A stretch of DNA of 64,000 nucleotides from Hyalangium minutum (GCF_000737315.1 NZ_JMCB01000005.1:440292-504291), one strand, 5' to 3'; counted from the first letter of the stretch, positions 19,850-29,148 are shown. Notes: generated by a model from the letters alone, not told the origin. Translations and numbers: made by a program.

Positions 19850-20904
19850 TGAGCCAGTTGCGTTCGATGCTGGGAGCCGCAGTGCTGGCCTCTCTCACAC
19901 TCACCTTGGGGGCCTGCTTCGGCTCGGCCAGCACCACGGACACGAGAACCCCCAATGCCGAGGAGCCAGACGAGGGGGAGAGCTGCGCGGCCTTGAACAA
20001 GAACGATGAGATCCGGCTCGCGCTCGCGCCCGCATGCCAGGGCTGTCACCTCACCGGTAACAAGCCGTTCTTCGGCTCGCTGTCCGCGTTCGAGAGTGGG
20101 CTCGTGTACAACGAGAGGTACGTCAAGCGCGGGGACCCCGAGAACAGCTTGCTGGTCCAGCTGCTCAAGGGCGTCGCACCTGGAAGCTATCCCCAGATGC
20201 CGCTTGGGCAGACCTACAGCGAGCTCGTCACCAGCGGCCGTGTCACGCTGACCCTCGAGCAGGTGGAGGCCTGGATTCGCGATCTGCCTGCTCCGCCCGC
20301 GCAGCTGGAGACTCCGTCTCCGGAAGAGTTCCACGTCCGCCGGCTGTCCGCCGACGAGATGGTGGTGAGCTTGATGGAGCAGCTCGGGCTCACGCTCGAG
20401 GACTTCGTCAGCACCAGCGATCCCAACTGGAGGAACAAGGCGTACGTGGTGAATGGCGGCAAGCTCTTCGTATGGCCCGGGGATTGGGCGCCCGGCATCT
20501 CGACCGAGTATGTCTCCGACTCCCGCAGCGTCGAGCGGTACGAGGCGCTGGGAGGCGGCAACTCGCTCCTGTACCGCAAGCGGGACGTGAGCTTCGGTCC
20601 CTCCGCCGCGCAGACGCTGGTCCAGATGTCGCAAGCCTGGTGCGCGCGCGCGGTGGACAAGAGAAACAACACGGCGGTGTTGCGCTACGTGACGCTCTCC
20701 GACAGCTCCTCCCGCAGCCCGGACGCGGTGCGGAGAAACCTGAGCACGCTCTACCTGCGCATGCTCGGACAGCCGCCTTCGGAGGCGGAAGCGAGCGCGT
20801 TGTACGAGCAGGTCTATCTGCCGCTCGAGGCGCAGAGCACGCGCTTGGCCTGGATTGGCGTCTGCGCGGCGCTCATCCGTCACCCGCTGTGGATCACCTA
20901 CTGA
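19846..20904 (+). CDS. Lipoprotein with c-type heme motif
   Basis: Lipobox TLGAC; CQGCH; MPLG distal-Met candidate; coupled to the upstream gene. Confidence 0.75.
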   Translation: MMSQLRSMLGAAVLASLTLTLGACFGSASTTDTRTPNAEEPDEGESCAALNKNDEIRLALAPACQGCHLTGNKPFFGSLSAFESGLVYNERYVKRGDPENSLLVQLLKGVAPGSYPQMPLGQTYSELVTSGRVTLTLEQVEAWIRDLPAPPAQLETPSPEEFHVRRLSADEMVVSLMEQLGLTLEDFVSTSDPNWRNKAYVVNGGKLFVWPGDWAPGISTEYVSDSRSVERYEALGGGNSLLYRKRDVSFGPSAAQTLVQMSQAWCARAVDKRNNTAVLRYVTLSDSSSRSPDAVRRNLSTLYLRMLGQPPSEAEASALYEQVYLPLEAQSTRLAWIGVCAALIRHPLWITY

Positions 20905-20916
20905 GCCGAGGACATT

Positions 20917-22497
20917 ATGAGGAACACCTCTCGTCGCACGCTGCTCAAGTGGGCCCTCGGAGCGGGACAGCTCGCGCTCCTCGAACGCGCGGGGCTCCTC
21001 GGCTCGAGCCCTGCTTACGCCGCGGGCATGGACGTCCCCTCACGGCTCGCAGTGCTCTACATCCCGGGTGGCTACCGGCCGGCGTACTACTTCACCCCGA
21101 TGGAGGACGCCGACATTCCGCTCTGCGTCCCGGCCCCCTCCAACTACAGCGGCGAGCCCGTCTTCTTCGACGCGAGCAAGGTGGTGGACCTCGCGGCCGC
21201 GAACGGACCCTACAAGCCGCTGCGAACCTGGCAGTCGTGGAACCCCGCCGACCCCGCCGCGCGAGGCAGCTTCAGCCCGCTCATGTATGGCTACACGCAC
21301 TTCGCGCTGCATGAGCAGCTGAGCGTCCTGCACGGCATCGACCAGGGCACCAACGACCACGCGAGTGCGTTCATCTCCTCCATGTGCGGTGTCGCCGGTG
21401 CGGACTACCGGGCGCCGGCCGTTCACTCGGTCATCGCCAATCACCTGTTCGAGAGGTACCGCGAGAGCAGACCGCTGCCGTTCGTGGTTGTCGCCGGTGA
21501 GCGCGGCACGCCGCTGGGAATGGGGCTGCCCTCACACGCCTCGCCCGTTCGCGTGCCGTCCATCGAGTCGCTCAAGCCGCAGCTCTCCGCCAAGCCCGCG
21601 GATAACCCCTGGTGGACGGGGCTTGATGCGCGCACCGAAGCTCCCGAGCTGGACGCACGCGGGCAGCCCACCGGTAGCACCCTGAAGACGACCACGGTGG
21701 AGCGCTTCTCGCTCTCGCGCGCTCAGCCGTTGATGGACCGATCGACGGCGAAGGTGGACAACTACCTCGAAGGTCTGCATGGCTCGCTGGCGTCGGTCTC
21801 GCGCGTGCTCGCGACGGATGTCGTGTCCATGCTGGAGCGCACCAAAGGCATCGACACGCTGACGGCGAACCGCCCCGCGTACCTGTCGAGCTACCTGTCG
21901 AACCAATCGTTCACGTACACCTTCGGTCTCGCGAACTTCCACCTCACCGGGCTCGACCCGCGGATGGATCTCGCGCTGCGCCTGCTCAAGTCGGACCTCT
22001 GCACCTCGGTGCACGTCTCGTTGCAGCTCGACTTCGACACCCACAACGGCCTGGGCCATGGCTACAGCTGCGCACACGGCCGCGGGCTGATGGACTGCGT
22101 CGCGCGCTTCCTGGGCGAGCTCAAGGCTGCTCCGGCTCCCGGTAAGCCGGGCAAGACACTGCTCGATGACACGCTCGTGCTGGTGATGAGCGAGTTCGGC
22201 CGCAGCTGGGCCTCGCGCGGAAGCGACGGCACCTACAGCCTGCCGGATGATCATCACCCCTACACCTCGGTCTGCTTCGCGGGCGGAAACGTAGCGGGGA
22301 ACCGGCAGGTGGGCTCGTACACCCCGCGCGGGCTCGGCGTCCCCGTGGACCTCATCGAGGAGACCGGTCAGCCCTCGAGGCGCGTGCCCAGATCCGCGGA
22401 CGTCGTGACCACCGCGCTGCGGATCATGGGCATGGAAGCGCACGACTTCTTCATCCCCGGTGGCTACGGAGAGGTCGTGGGGCTTCGGAAGGCGTGA
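20917..22497 (+). CDS. Tat-exported DUF1501-like protein
   Basis: SRRTLLK Tat motif; FDTH, DDTLVLVMSEFGRS, DHHP, FAGGNVAG. Confidence 0.8.
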   Translation: MRNTSRRTLLKWALGAGQLALLERAGLLGSSPAYAAGMDVPSRLAVLYIPGGYRPAYYFTPMEDADIPLCVPAPSNYSGEPVFFDASKVVDLAAANGPYKPLRTWQSWNPADPAARGSFSPLMYGYTHFALHEQLSVLHGIDQGTNDHASAFISSMCGVAGADYRAPAVHSVIANHLFERYRESRPLPFVVVAGERGTPLGMGLPSHASPVRVPSIESLKPQLSAKPADNPWWTGLDARTEAPELDARGQPTGSTLKTTTVERFSLSRAQPLMDRSTAKVDNYLEGLHGSLASVSRVLATDVVSMLERTKGIDTLTANRPAYLSSYLSNQSFTYTFGLANFHLTGLDPRMDLALRLLKSDLCTSVHVSLQLDFDTHNGLGHGYSCAHGRGLMDCVARFLGELKAAPAPGKPGKTLLDDTLVLVMSEFGRSWASRGSDGTYSLPDDHHPYTSVCFAGGNVAGNRQVGSYTPRGLGVPVDLIEETGQPSRRVPRSADVVTTALRIMGMEAHDFFIPGGYGEVVGLRKA

Positions 22498-22512
22498 GGG
22501 GCTCTGCTAGGC

Positions 22513-23457
22513 CTACCCTGGCTTTGAACGCAGGGCCTGGTAGGCGCGCTTCCCCGCCATCACGGCCAGCAGGATGAGTGCCCCGGCAACGATTCCGGAC
22601 AACGCATCCATGATGGTCGGCACCACCGCTTGCAGGACTCCTCCCACCCCCGGCACGTTCCCCGCGCCATGGGCGATCCCCTCGATGAGGTGATGCAGGG
22701 GAGGGATGCCGTGGGTGAGGATGCCGCCGCCGACCATGAACATGGCGGCCGTGCCGGCGATGGACAGCCCCTTCATCAGGTACGGAGAGGCCACCAGGAG
22801 CCCGCGGCCCAGCGTGCGCTGGAATGAGCCCTTCTTCTGGGTGAGATAGAGCCCCGCATCGTCGAGTTTGACGATGCCAGCGACCAGCCCATAGACGCCG
22901 ACCGTCATGATGATGGCGATGCCGATCAGGACGGCGACTCGCTGCCCGAAGGTCGCGTTGACGAGCGTGCCCAGCGAGATGACGACGATCTCCGCCGAGA
23001 GGATGAAGTCCGTACGGATCGCGCCTTGGATCTTGGCCTTCTCGAAGGCAACGAGGTCCACCGCAGGGTCGGCGACGGCCTTGACGAGCTCGCCGTGGTG
23101 GGCTTCGTCCTCGGCCTTGTTGTGCAAGAACTTGTGGGCCAGTTTTTCAAAGCCTTCGAAGCAGAGGAAGGCACCGCCCACCATCAACAGCGGGATGATC
23201 GCCCAGGGAATAAAGGTGCTGATGGCCAGGGCGGCGGGCACCAGAATGGCCTTGTTGACCAGGGAGCCCTTCGCGACCGCGAAGACGACAGGCAGCTCGC
23301 GATCGACGGTGACGCCGGCCACCTGCTGAGCATTGAGCGCGAGATCGTCACCGAGGACTCCCGCGGTCTTTTGGGTCGCGACCTTGGTCATCGCCGCGAC
23401 GTCGTCCAGGAGGCTGGCGATGTCATCAATCAGGGTCAGGAGGTTGCTACCGGCCAA
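22513..23457 (-). CDS. DUF808 (YedI-like) inner membrane protein
   Basis: LLTLIDDIASLLDDVA, GVLGDDLALNAQQV, GAIRTDFILSAEI. Confidence 0.9.
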   Translation of the reverse strand: MAGSNLLTLIDDIASLLDDVAAMTKVATQKTAGVLGDDLALNAQQVAGVTVDRELPVVFAVAKGSLVNKAILVPAALAISTFIPWAIIPLLMVGGAFLCFEGFEKLAHKFLHNKAEDEAHHGELVKAVADPAVDLVAFEKAKIQGAIRTDFILSAEIVVISLGTLVNATFGQRVAVLIGIAIIMTVGVYGLVAGIVKLDDAGLYLTQKKGSFQRTLGRGLLVASPYLMKGLSIAGTAAMFMVGGGILTHGIPPLHHLIEGIAHGAGNVPGVGGVLQAVVPTIMDALSGIVAGALILLAVMAGKRAYQALRSKPG

Positions 23458-23502
23458 GAGGGTCTCCCTGTGGGTTGAGTCGAACCACGAATGGCCGCAA
23501 CA

Positions 23503-25269
23503 CTACTTCAAAGCTGGCGGCAGTGCCTGTGACAGCGCCTGCTCCAGCTCGCGCCCGTGCGTGGTGTAGAGCTCCCTCCACTCAAACCCCGTGGGCAGCG
23601 TTCCTCCCTGGCCGACGAAGAGGTACACGAACAGATCCAGCAGGAGCCTTTGCGAGGACGTTCCACAGTAGCGCCCCAGGGGGTGGGGCTCTCGCCCCTC
23701 CGCTGGGAGAATCTCTCGCGCCACGCGCTCCAGCTCATCGGCGGTGTGGCGTACAGCCGAGGGAGCCGCCAGCTTGCGGCGCTCGGTAATTTCCTCGGCG
23801 AAGGGCGCGGGCAGCACGCGGCGAGCCACTTCGCGCAGCAACACCTTCCGCGTCCTCCCCCGGACGCGCTGCTCCCAGGGGAGCGAGAGCGCCAGGTCCC
23901 GGATCCTTCGATCCAGGTAGGGCACCCGCACCTCCAGGCCGCTCGCCATGGAGCCTCCATCCCAGACGCGCAGGTGCGCGTCCGTGAGCTGCCCCTCCAA
24001 GAAGAAGCGGTAGAAAGCCTCACGGGCCGCGGCTTCGTCTGGGAGGGCCACCGCCCGCAGAGCCGCCTTGGTGGAGGCGCACTCCTCCACGGGCACCGTG
24101 CCCGTCCGAATCATCCGGTTGTAGCTCTCCACGCAGGACTTCAGCCATGGCGCGGAGCTCGCGTGGAGGACGTAGCCCGCGAAGAGCTCATCGGCCCCAT
24201 CCCCGCAGAGCACCGCCTTGACGTGGTGACGGATGGCAGGAGCCGCCGTCTCCACAATGGTGGGCTCCGAGGGCCCCTCGATCGCGACGAGCGCACGCGG
24301 CAGGGACTCCAGCAGCTCGGCGGGGCGGAAGATGTACTCGTGGTGCCGCGTCCCCAGCGCCTCGGCGAGCCTCCGGCTCATGGCAAGGTCCGCCGACTCC
24401 GGATCATCCGCGAGCGAGAAGGTATGCAGCGCCGGCGAGCCCTCACGCGCCAGCAACGCGGCCAGCAGGGAGCTGTCCACGCCCCCTGAGAGAAAGAGCC
24501 CCACCGGGTGATCCGCCGCTCGCTGCCACCGTACCGAGCTCGTGAGCAGCTCGAGCAGCAACTCGGCCAGCTCCTCCTCACGCGTGGGCAGCGTGAGCGG
24601 GCGCGGCGCGCTGTGGCGGCCGGGGCGAAGCTCCAGGAGCCCATCCGGGCGGCGAGAGATCTCCAGCGTGCCACCGGGCGGCACTTGGCGAATGGCCCGG
24701 AAGAGCGTGCGCTCACCGAGCAGAAAGCGAAAGGTGGCCCACTCGAAGAGCGCCGTGCGATCGAGCTCCCGCGGCAGCGAGGGGTCCACCAGCAGCGCCT
24801 TCAGCTCCGAGGCAAACAGGAGCCGGCGGCCCCCGTCCACGAGCGCGTAGTACAGCGGCTTGATGCCGAAGGCATCCCTCGCCAGGGTGAGCCGCTCGCC
24901 GTCCGAGAGGGCGAAGGCGAACATGCCCTCCATCTCCTCCAGCCAGGCCATGCCCCGGCGCTCCAGGCCGCGCAGCACCACCTCGGTGTCGCTGCGTGTC
25001 CTCAAGGGGGGGCCCTCTCGCTCGAGCTCCCGGCGCAGCTCCACCGTGTTGTAGAGCTCGCCGTTGTAGGCGAGCGTCAACCCGGCCGGGCCGGACATGG
25101 GCTGCGCTCCCCCCTCCATGTCCACGAGGCTCAGGCGCGTGCTGCCCAGGCCCGCGTGGCCTACCACCGCCGTTCCCCATCCGTCCGGGCCCCGGTGCTC
25201 GAGCCGGCGTGTCATGCGCTCGAGCAACGCTCGATCCGGCTCACCAAAAATCCCTGCGATGCCGCACAC
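23503..25269 (-). CDS. AsnB-like glutamine-dependent amidotransferase (asparagine synthase family), in RiPP operon
   Basis: N-terminal (M)CGIAG nucleophile Cys, HRGPDG, YNGELYN, RDAFGIKPLYY, LSGGVDSS, GDGADELFAGY, EVRVPYLD. Confidence 0.92.
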   Translation of the reverse strand: MCGIAGIFGEPDRALLERMTRRLEHRGPDGWGTAVVGHAGLGSTRLSLVDMEGGAQPMSGPAGLTLAYNGELYNTVELRRELEREGPPLRTRSDTEVVLRGLERRGMAWLEEMEGMFAFALSDGERLTLARDAFGIKPLYYALVDGGRRLLFASELKALLVDPSLPRELDRTALFEWATFRFLLGERTLFRAIRQVPPGGTLEISRRPDGLLELRPGRHSAPRPLTLPTREEELAELLLELLTSSVRWQRAADHPVGLFLSGGVDSSLLAALLAREGSPALHTFSLADDPESADLAMSRRLAEALGTRHHEYIFRPAELLESLPRALVAIEGPSEPTIVETAAPAIRHHVKAVLCGDGADELFAGYVLHASSAPWLKSCVESYNRMIRTGTVPVEECASTKAALRAVALPDEAAAREAFYRFFLEGQLTDAHLRVWDGGSMASGLEVRVPYLDRRIRDLALSLPWEQRVRGRTRKVLLREVARRVLPAPFAEEITERRKLAAPSAVRHTADELERVAREILPAEGREPHPLGRYCGTSSQRLLLDLFVYLFVGQGGTLPTGFEWRELYTTHGRELEQALSQALPPALK

Positions 25270-25299
25270 GGGACGCTCCTCGCGGATGAACGAGCCGCC

Positions 25300-27270
25300 T
25301 CACGCCTGGGCGGCGGGAGCGGCCTTGGGCTCGGCGAACACCACGAGCCCCTCGCCATGGAATCGCTGGAGCGCCTCCAGCACCGCCTGCTCCACCTTCT
25401 GGGCGGGCTGTTCGCTCCGGCGCCGTTGGCCCTCGAGCAGCTGCCCCACGGTGCGCTCGCCGTCGCACTGCTGGAGCAGCTCCGAAGTCCACGCGTTCAC
25501 CCGGAAGTGGTGGCCGTAGAGGTTGGGCCGCTTGTGGAAGAGGACCGTGGCCTCGCCCCCCGTGCCCTGTCCACCCGAGAGCATCCCCGGCGGCAGGGAG
25601 TGGAAGCGCTCCACCCGGACCCACTGGCTGCGCAGCGGCACCAGCGCGCGCAGCGCCTCGGGCGAGCCGTTTCCTCGGAGGGCCGACCACATGTCAGGCC
25701 GCTCGAAGGCAGGCTGCGCCTCCTCCTCAGGGGTGAAGTGCCCCATCCACACCAGCAGCCCGGTATAGCGCGCTGCCTCCGCCACGGCCGGCTCCACCGC
25801 TCCTCCCTGGCCCGAGCCCACCCACTGGCAGAAGGCTGCCGCGTCCGCGAAGAACGTGGGAGGCACCTCCGGGTGCGCCGCCTGGAAGGCCTGGAGCATG
25901 GGCTCGGCACGCGCCCCGAGCACCTCCACCAGCCCGGGCGCCGTGCGGCGCAGCGCTTCGCCCCGGTTCTCGGGCAGCCCCCGCTCGGCCGGGGACAGCC
26001 GCCCTGGCTGCCCTCGGTGCTTGGCGATGACGTCTTCGAAGAGCCGCGTGAACTCCCCCGCGACATCTCTTCGGGGCAGTCCCTGCACCAGCTCCAGTCC
26101 GCGCCGGCCGATCTCCCGAGCGCCCTCCGGATCCTCGATGGCCTGGCGCAGCGCCCGCGCCAGCTCGCTGTGCACGCGGGGATCCGGCACCAGCAGCACG
26201 TTCTTCCCGGGGGCCAGGTGTTCGCGGAAGGGCTGCTTGGCGGCAATCTCCCCGGAGAGCACCAGGCAGGTGCCGCAGGCGAGCACCTCCCGAGGCACCG
26301 TGGGCGCGTGGAAGGTGATGGGGAAGTCCCGCTCCAGGAAGCACACCGCGCGGCACGCCCGGATGAAGCGCGCCACCTTCCAGTGCGCTACGAAGGGCAG
26401 TACCCACGTCACCTCCGCGAGGCCCTGTTCCTCCACCGCCTTGTGCAGGGGCGCCACCCGCTTGCCCCGCGTGAGCGCCACGAGGTTGAAGCGCAGCCCC
26501 TCCTTGCGCAGCAGGGCCAGCGCGCTCAGCAAGTCATACGTGCCCTTGGTGACTCCCACCTTGCCGTAGATGCCAATCACCGGCAGCGAGGGATCCAACA
26601 GGCGCGGGTTCCGCACCAGCCCCGGGTGTTCCCGGTTCAGCTCCTCGAGGACGCCGTTGATGTCCAGCGGCTCCACCGTGGGGCTGAAGCACTCGCGGAT
26701 CAGATCGGGCGGCGGCCCCCGGTAGATGTTGTCGGGGTGGACCCCCATGCCGAGAAACAGCAGGGGATTGCCTGCGCACACGCCGTTCGCGCGGCGGATG
26801 ATCTCCCGGTACGTGGTGCCCAGGCCGGGCCGGGTCATCAGCCTTCCGAGATCGCTGCCGGCGTTGCGCACCAGGTAAGGCACTCCGGTCCAGTGCGAGG
26901 CCATGTTCGCGGCGACGCCGTACGGCTCGAAGTAGTAGCTGAAGATGACCTCGCAGCGGTGGCGGCGGACGACGTCGGTGGCGAGGCCCGCGAGCTTGCT
27001 GACGTAGGGGTTCGCCTGCGGCACGTGCAGGAAAGCGGAGGAGCTGCGCTCGGAGAGGTGCAGTCGCACCCGCCCCGCGCCGAAGGTGGGCTCCAGCCAC
27101 GAGCGATCATCGGCCGTGAGCATGAGCCGGTAGTCGTCCTCCACCTCGTCCGCGTTGGTGACGACGTGGACTTCATGGCCGGCCTCGGCCAGCGCGCGGC
27201 ACATCCAGTAGGACTGGGCGCTCACGCCACCTTGAATGGGGGGGTATTTGATGAGGGCGCAGATACGCAC
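25300..27270 (-). CDS. GT4-like (GT-B) glycosyltransferase fused to a C-terminal partner/PqqD-like RRE module
   Basis: KYPPIQGGVS, AGHEVHVVT, GKVGVTKG, PREVLACG for the GT-B fold; C-terminal FRVNAWTSELLQQCDGERTVGQL resembles PqqD/RRE. Confidence 0.8.
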   Translation of the reverse strand: MRICALIKYPPIQGGVSAQSYWMCRALAEAGHEVHVVTNADEVEDDYRLMLTADDRSWLEPTFGAGRVRLHLSERSSSAFLHVPQANPYVSKLAGLATDVVRRHRCEVIFSYYFEPYGVAANMASHWTGVPYLVRNAGSDLGRLMTRPGLGTTYREIIRRANGVCAGNPLLFLGMGVHPDNIYRGPPPDLIRECFSPTVEPLDINGVLEELNREHPGLVRNPRLLDPSLPVIGIYGKVGVTKGTYDLLSALALLRKEGLRFNLVALTRGKRVAPLHKAVEEQGLAEVTWVLPFVAHWKVARFIRACRAVCFLERDFPITFHAPTVPREVLACGTCLVLSGEIAAKQPFREHLAPGKNVLLVPDPRVHSELARALRQAIEDPEGAREIGRRGLELVQGLPRRDVAGEFTRLFEDVIAKHRGQPGRLSPAERGLPENRGEALRRTAPGLVEVLGARAEPMLQAFQAAHPEVPPTFFADAAAFCQWVGSGQGGAVEPAVAEAARYTGLLVWMGHFTPEEEAQPAFERPDMWSALRGNGSPEALRALVPLRSQWVRVERFHSLPPGMLSGGQGTGGEATVLFHKRPNLYGHHFRVNAWTSELLQQCDGERTVGQLLEGQRRRSEQPAQKVEQAVLEALQRFHGEGLVVFAEPKAAPAAQA

Positions 27271-27304
27271 GAAGCTCTCCTGGGGAGCGCGAGGGGGGCG
27301 GCGG

Positions 27305-29089
27305 TCAGTTCGCGGGCACCGCGAGGGTGAGGGCGTTGAGCTCCATCAGGCGGCGGACCACCTCGGCGCAGCTCCGGACTTCCTGGGCGCTCGCCTCGCC
27401 CGCCGCGCCGGGTGAGAGCCGTGCGGCGATCTCCGCCGTGGTGCGGCTCCCGTCACACAGCGCGAGCAGGGCGCTCGTCCGCTCGTTGATGGCCAGGTGG
27501 CGCACGTTGCGGAAGCCGGGCGCCTTGCTGAAGAGCACGAGCGAGGGCTTGAGCGGAACCTCCTCCGTGGCCTCGCCCGCGTTGAGGCGCCGCACGAGCT
27601 CCACCACATCGCAGCCGAACCGCTCCACGCGCACGTGGGGCCCGGAGAGGGGACGCGCGGCCGCCAGCTCTTCGACCCCTGGGGCAGCGCGGCTCTCGAA
27701 GGCGCGGCGGAACTCCAGGGCCGTCTCCACCGGAGCCACCGTCGAGCACAGCTCGAGCTGGACACGCTCGAATCGGAGGATGTCCTCCAGCGGGAAGCGC
27801 AGCTCGGGCCGCTCCTCCAACACGCGGGAGAGCAACTGGAGAAACCAGAAGCCGTCTCGCACGGTGCGGTTGACGAACTCGGGGGAATGGCGAGGGGCGT
27901 GCTCCTCGGTGAAGCGATGCGAGACGTCGTGCCAGAGCTTGTGCAGCTGCAGCCATCGGCAGCTCGCCGGAGCGGCCTTGGTGATCAGCGAGAGCCGCTT
28001 GCTGGAGAGATCATGCGCGAAGGTGTTCAGGTGCCCTGCCCCCACCGCGAGCAGCGCCTCCACCTGCTCTGGCCCCAAGCCCAGCTCCTCTCCCACGGCA
28101 GGGGGCGCGGCGAAGAACCGCTTGCGCAGTCCGTCCTCCACCAGCAGCCGGGCCAGCGCCGTCTGGAAGACGTGCGCGTCCGTGGGCAGCGGCGTGGAGG
28201 GGCGCTCGGGCCAGGCCGGGAGCGTGCTCCGGTGGGGCGGCCGGGGAGCCGCGCGGTGCGCACGGTGGAGAATCTCCTTGGCCCGATCGATGTCCTCGAG
28301 CATCTCCTGGAACTCCTCGGGGAAGTTCTGGTCCCGCTCGATCAGGACGGCACGGACCTGGCTGCGCTCGGCCACATACTCCAGCAGCTTCCACACCTCC
28401 GGGTGCGAGTCCACGCGCTGGCTGTGGCTGTCAATCCACTGGCCACCCCGCCGCTCGCCTCCCGCCAGGTGCACCTGGACGACCCGCTCCAGCGGCAGCG
28501 CGTCCAGGAAGGCGTACGGATCGTACCGGTGGTTCTGCGAGTTGATGAAGACGTTGGCCAGATCCAGCAGCAGGCCGCAGTCCGCCTCCGTCAGCACCCG
28601 GGTGATGAACTCCGCCTCGCCCAGCGGGCTGGGGATGGCGAACGCATAGGTGATGTTCTCCAGCAGGAAGGGCACACCGAGGATCTCCTGGACCCGGCGC
28701 GCATTGGCGGCGCATCTGCGGATCGCGGCCTCGGTGAACGGCAGCGGGGTGAGCTGGCCCAGCTCCACGTCCCCCGCCCTCGTCATGCACAGGTGGTCGC
28801 TGGAGAAGGGCGCTCGGACGGCCCGCACCAGCTCGGCCACCTCCTGGCAATACGCCTCATCCAGCGGCGCATCCGTGCCGACGGACGTCTCCAGTGCGTG
28901 GGGGATGAGCGGATGACGCTCCAGCAACGGCAGCGCTCGCTCCATGCTCTCGGGCACGGAGCGCACGTATCTGTCGGCGATCAGCTCGAACCAGTCGATG
29001 CGATCGCCGTGCTTCAGCTGCTGCTCGCGCAGCTCGGGCCGGTAGCCAATACCGACCCCGAGCATCGGCAGCTCATCCCATCTCGACAA
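27305..29089 (-). CDS. DUF692 / MNIO (multinuclear non-heme iron oxidative enzyme) fused to DUF2063-like and RRE-like domains
   Basis: TTG 29089 with GGAGAG RBS (alternative ATG 29065). LGVGIGYR, SDHL, LLENI, LLLDLANV, VHLAGG, IDSH and LIERD are the DUF692 metal-ligand motifs. C-terminal INERTSALLALCDGSRT. Confidence 0.92.
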   Translation of the reverse strand: MSRWDELPMLGVGIGYRPELREQQLKHGDRIDWFELIADRYVRSVPESMERALPLLERHPLIPHALETSVGTDAPLDEAYCQEVAELVRAVRAPFSSDHLCMTRAGDVELGQLTPLPFTEAAIRRCAANARRVQEILGVPFLLENITYAFAIPSPLGEAEFITRVLTEADCGLLLDLANVFINSQNHRYDPYAFLDALPLERVVQVHLAGGERRGGQWIDSHSQRVDSHPEVWKLLEYVAERSQVRAVLIERDQNFPEEFQEMLEDIDRAKEILHRAHRAAPRPPHRSTLPAWPERPSTPLPTDAHVFQTALARLLVEDGLRKRFFAAPPAVGEELGLGPEQVEALLAVGAGHLNTFAHDLSSKRLSLITKAAPASCRWLQLHKLWHDVSHRFTEEHAPRHSPEFVNRTVRDGFWFLQLLSRVLEERPELRFPLEDILRFERVQLELCSTVAPVETALEFRRAFESRAAPGVEELAAARPLSGPHVRVERFGCDVVELVRRLNAGEATEEVPLKPSLVLFSKAPGFRNVRHLAINERTSALLALCDGSRTTAEIAARLSPGAAGEASAQEVRSCAEVVRRLMELNALTLAVPAN

Positions 29090-29115
29090 GGGCTCTCCCG
29101 GGTACGCGCGAGCAC

Positions 29116-29148
29116 GAGCACGCCTCACGGCCCAAGCCGGGCGTGCTC
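29116..29148 (-). promoter_or_regulatory. Stem-loop between the precursor gene and the MNIO gene
   Basis: GAGCACGCC (29116-24) pairs with GGCGTGCTC (29140-48); inner CGGC/GCCG stem with CCAA loop; no U-tract. Confidence 0.6.

Noticed and set aside
24508-28649. Long plus-strand ORFs (940, 566 and 440 aa) across the RiPP operon
   Set aside because: Antisense or frame shadows with Arg/Gly/Ala/His-rich composition and no motifs; the minus-strand genes have clear family signatures.
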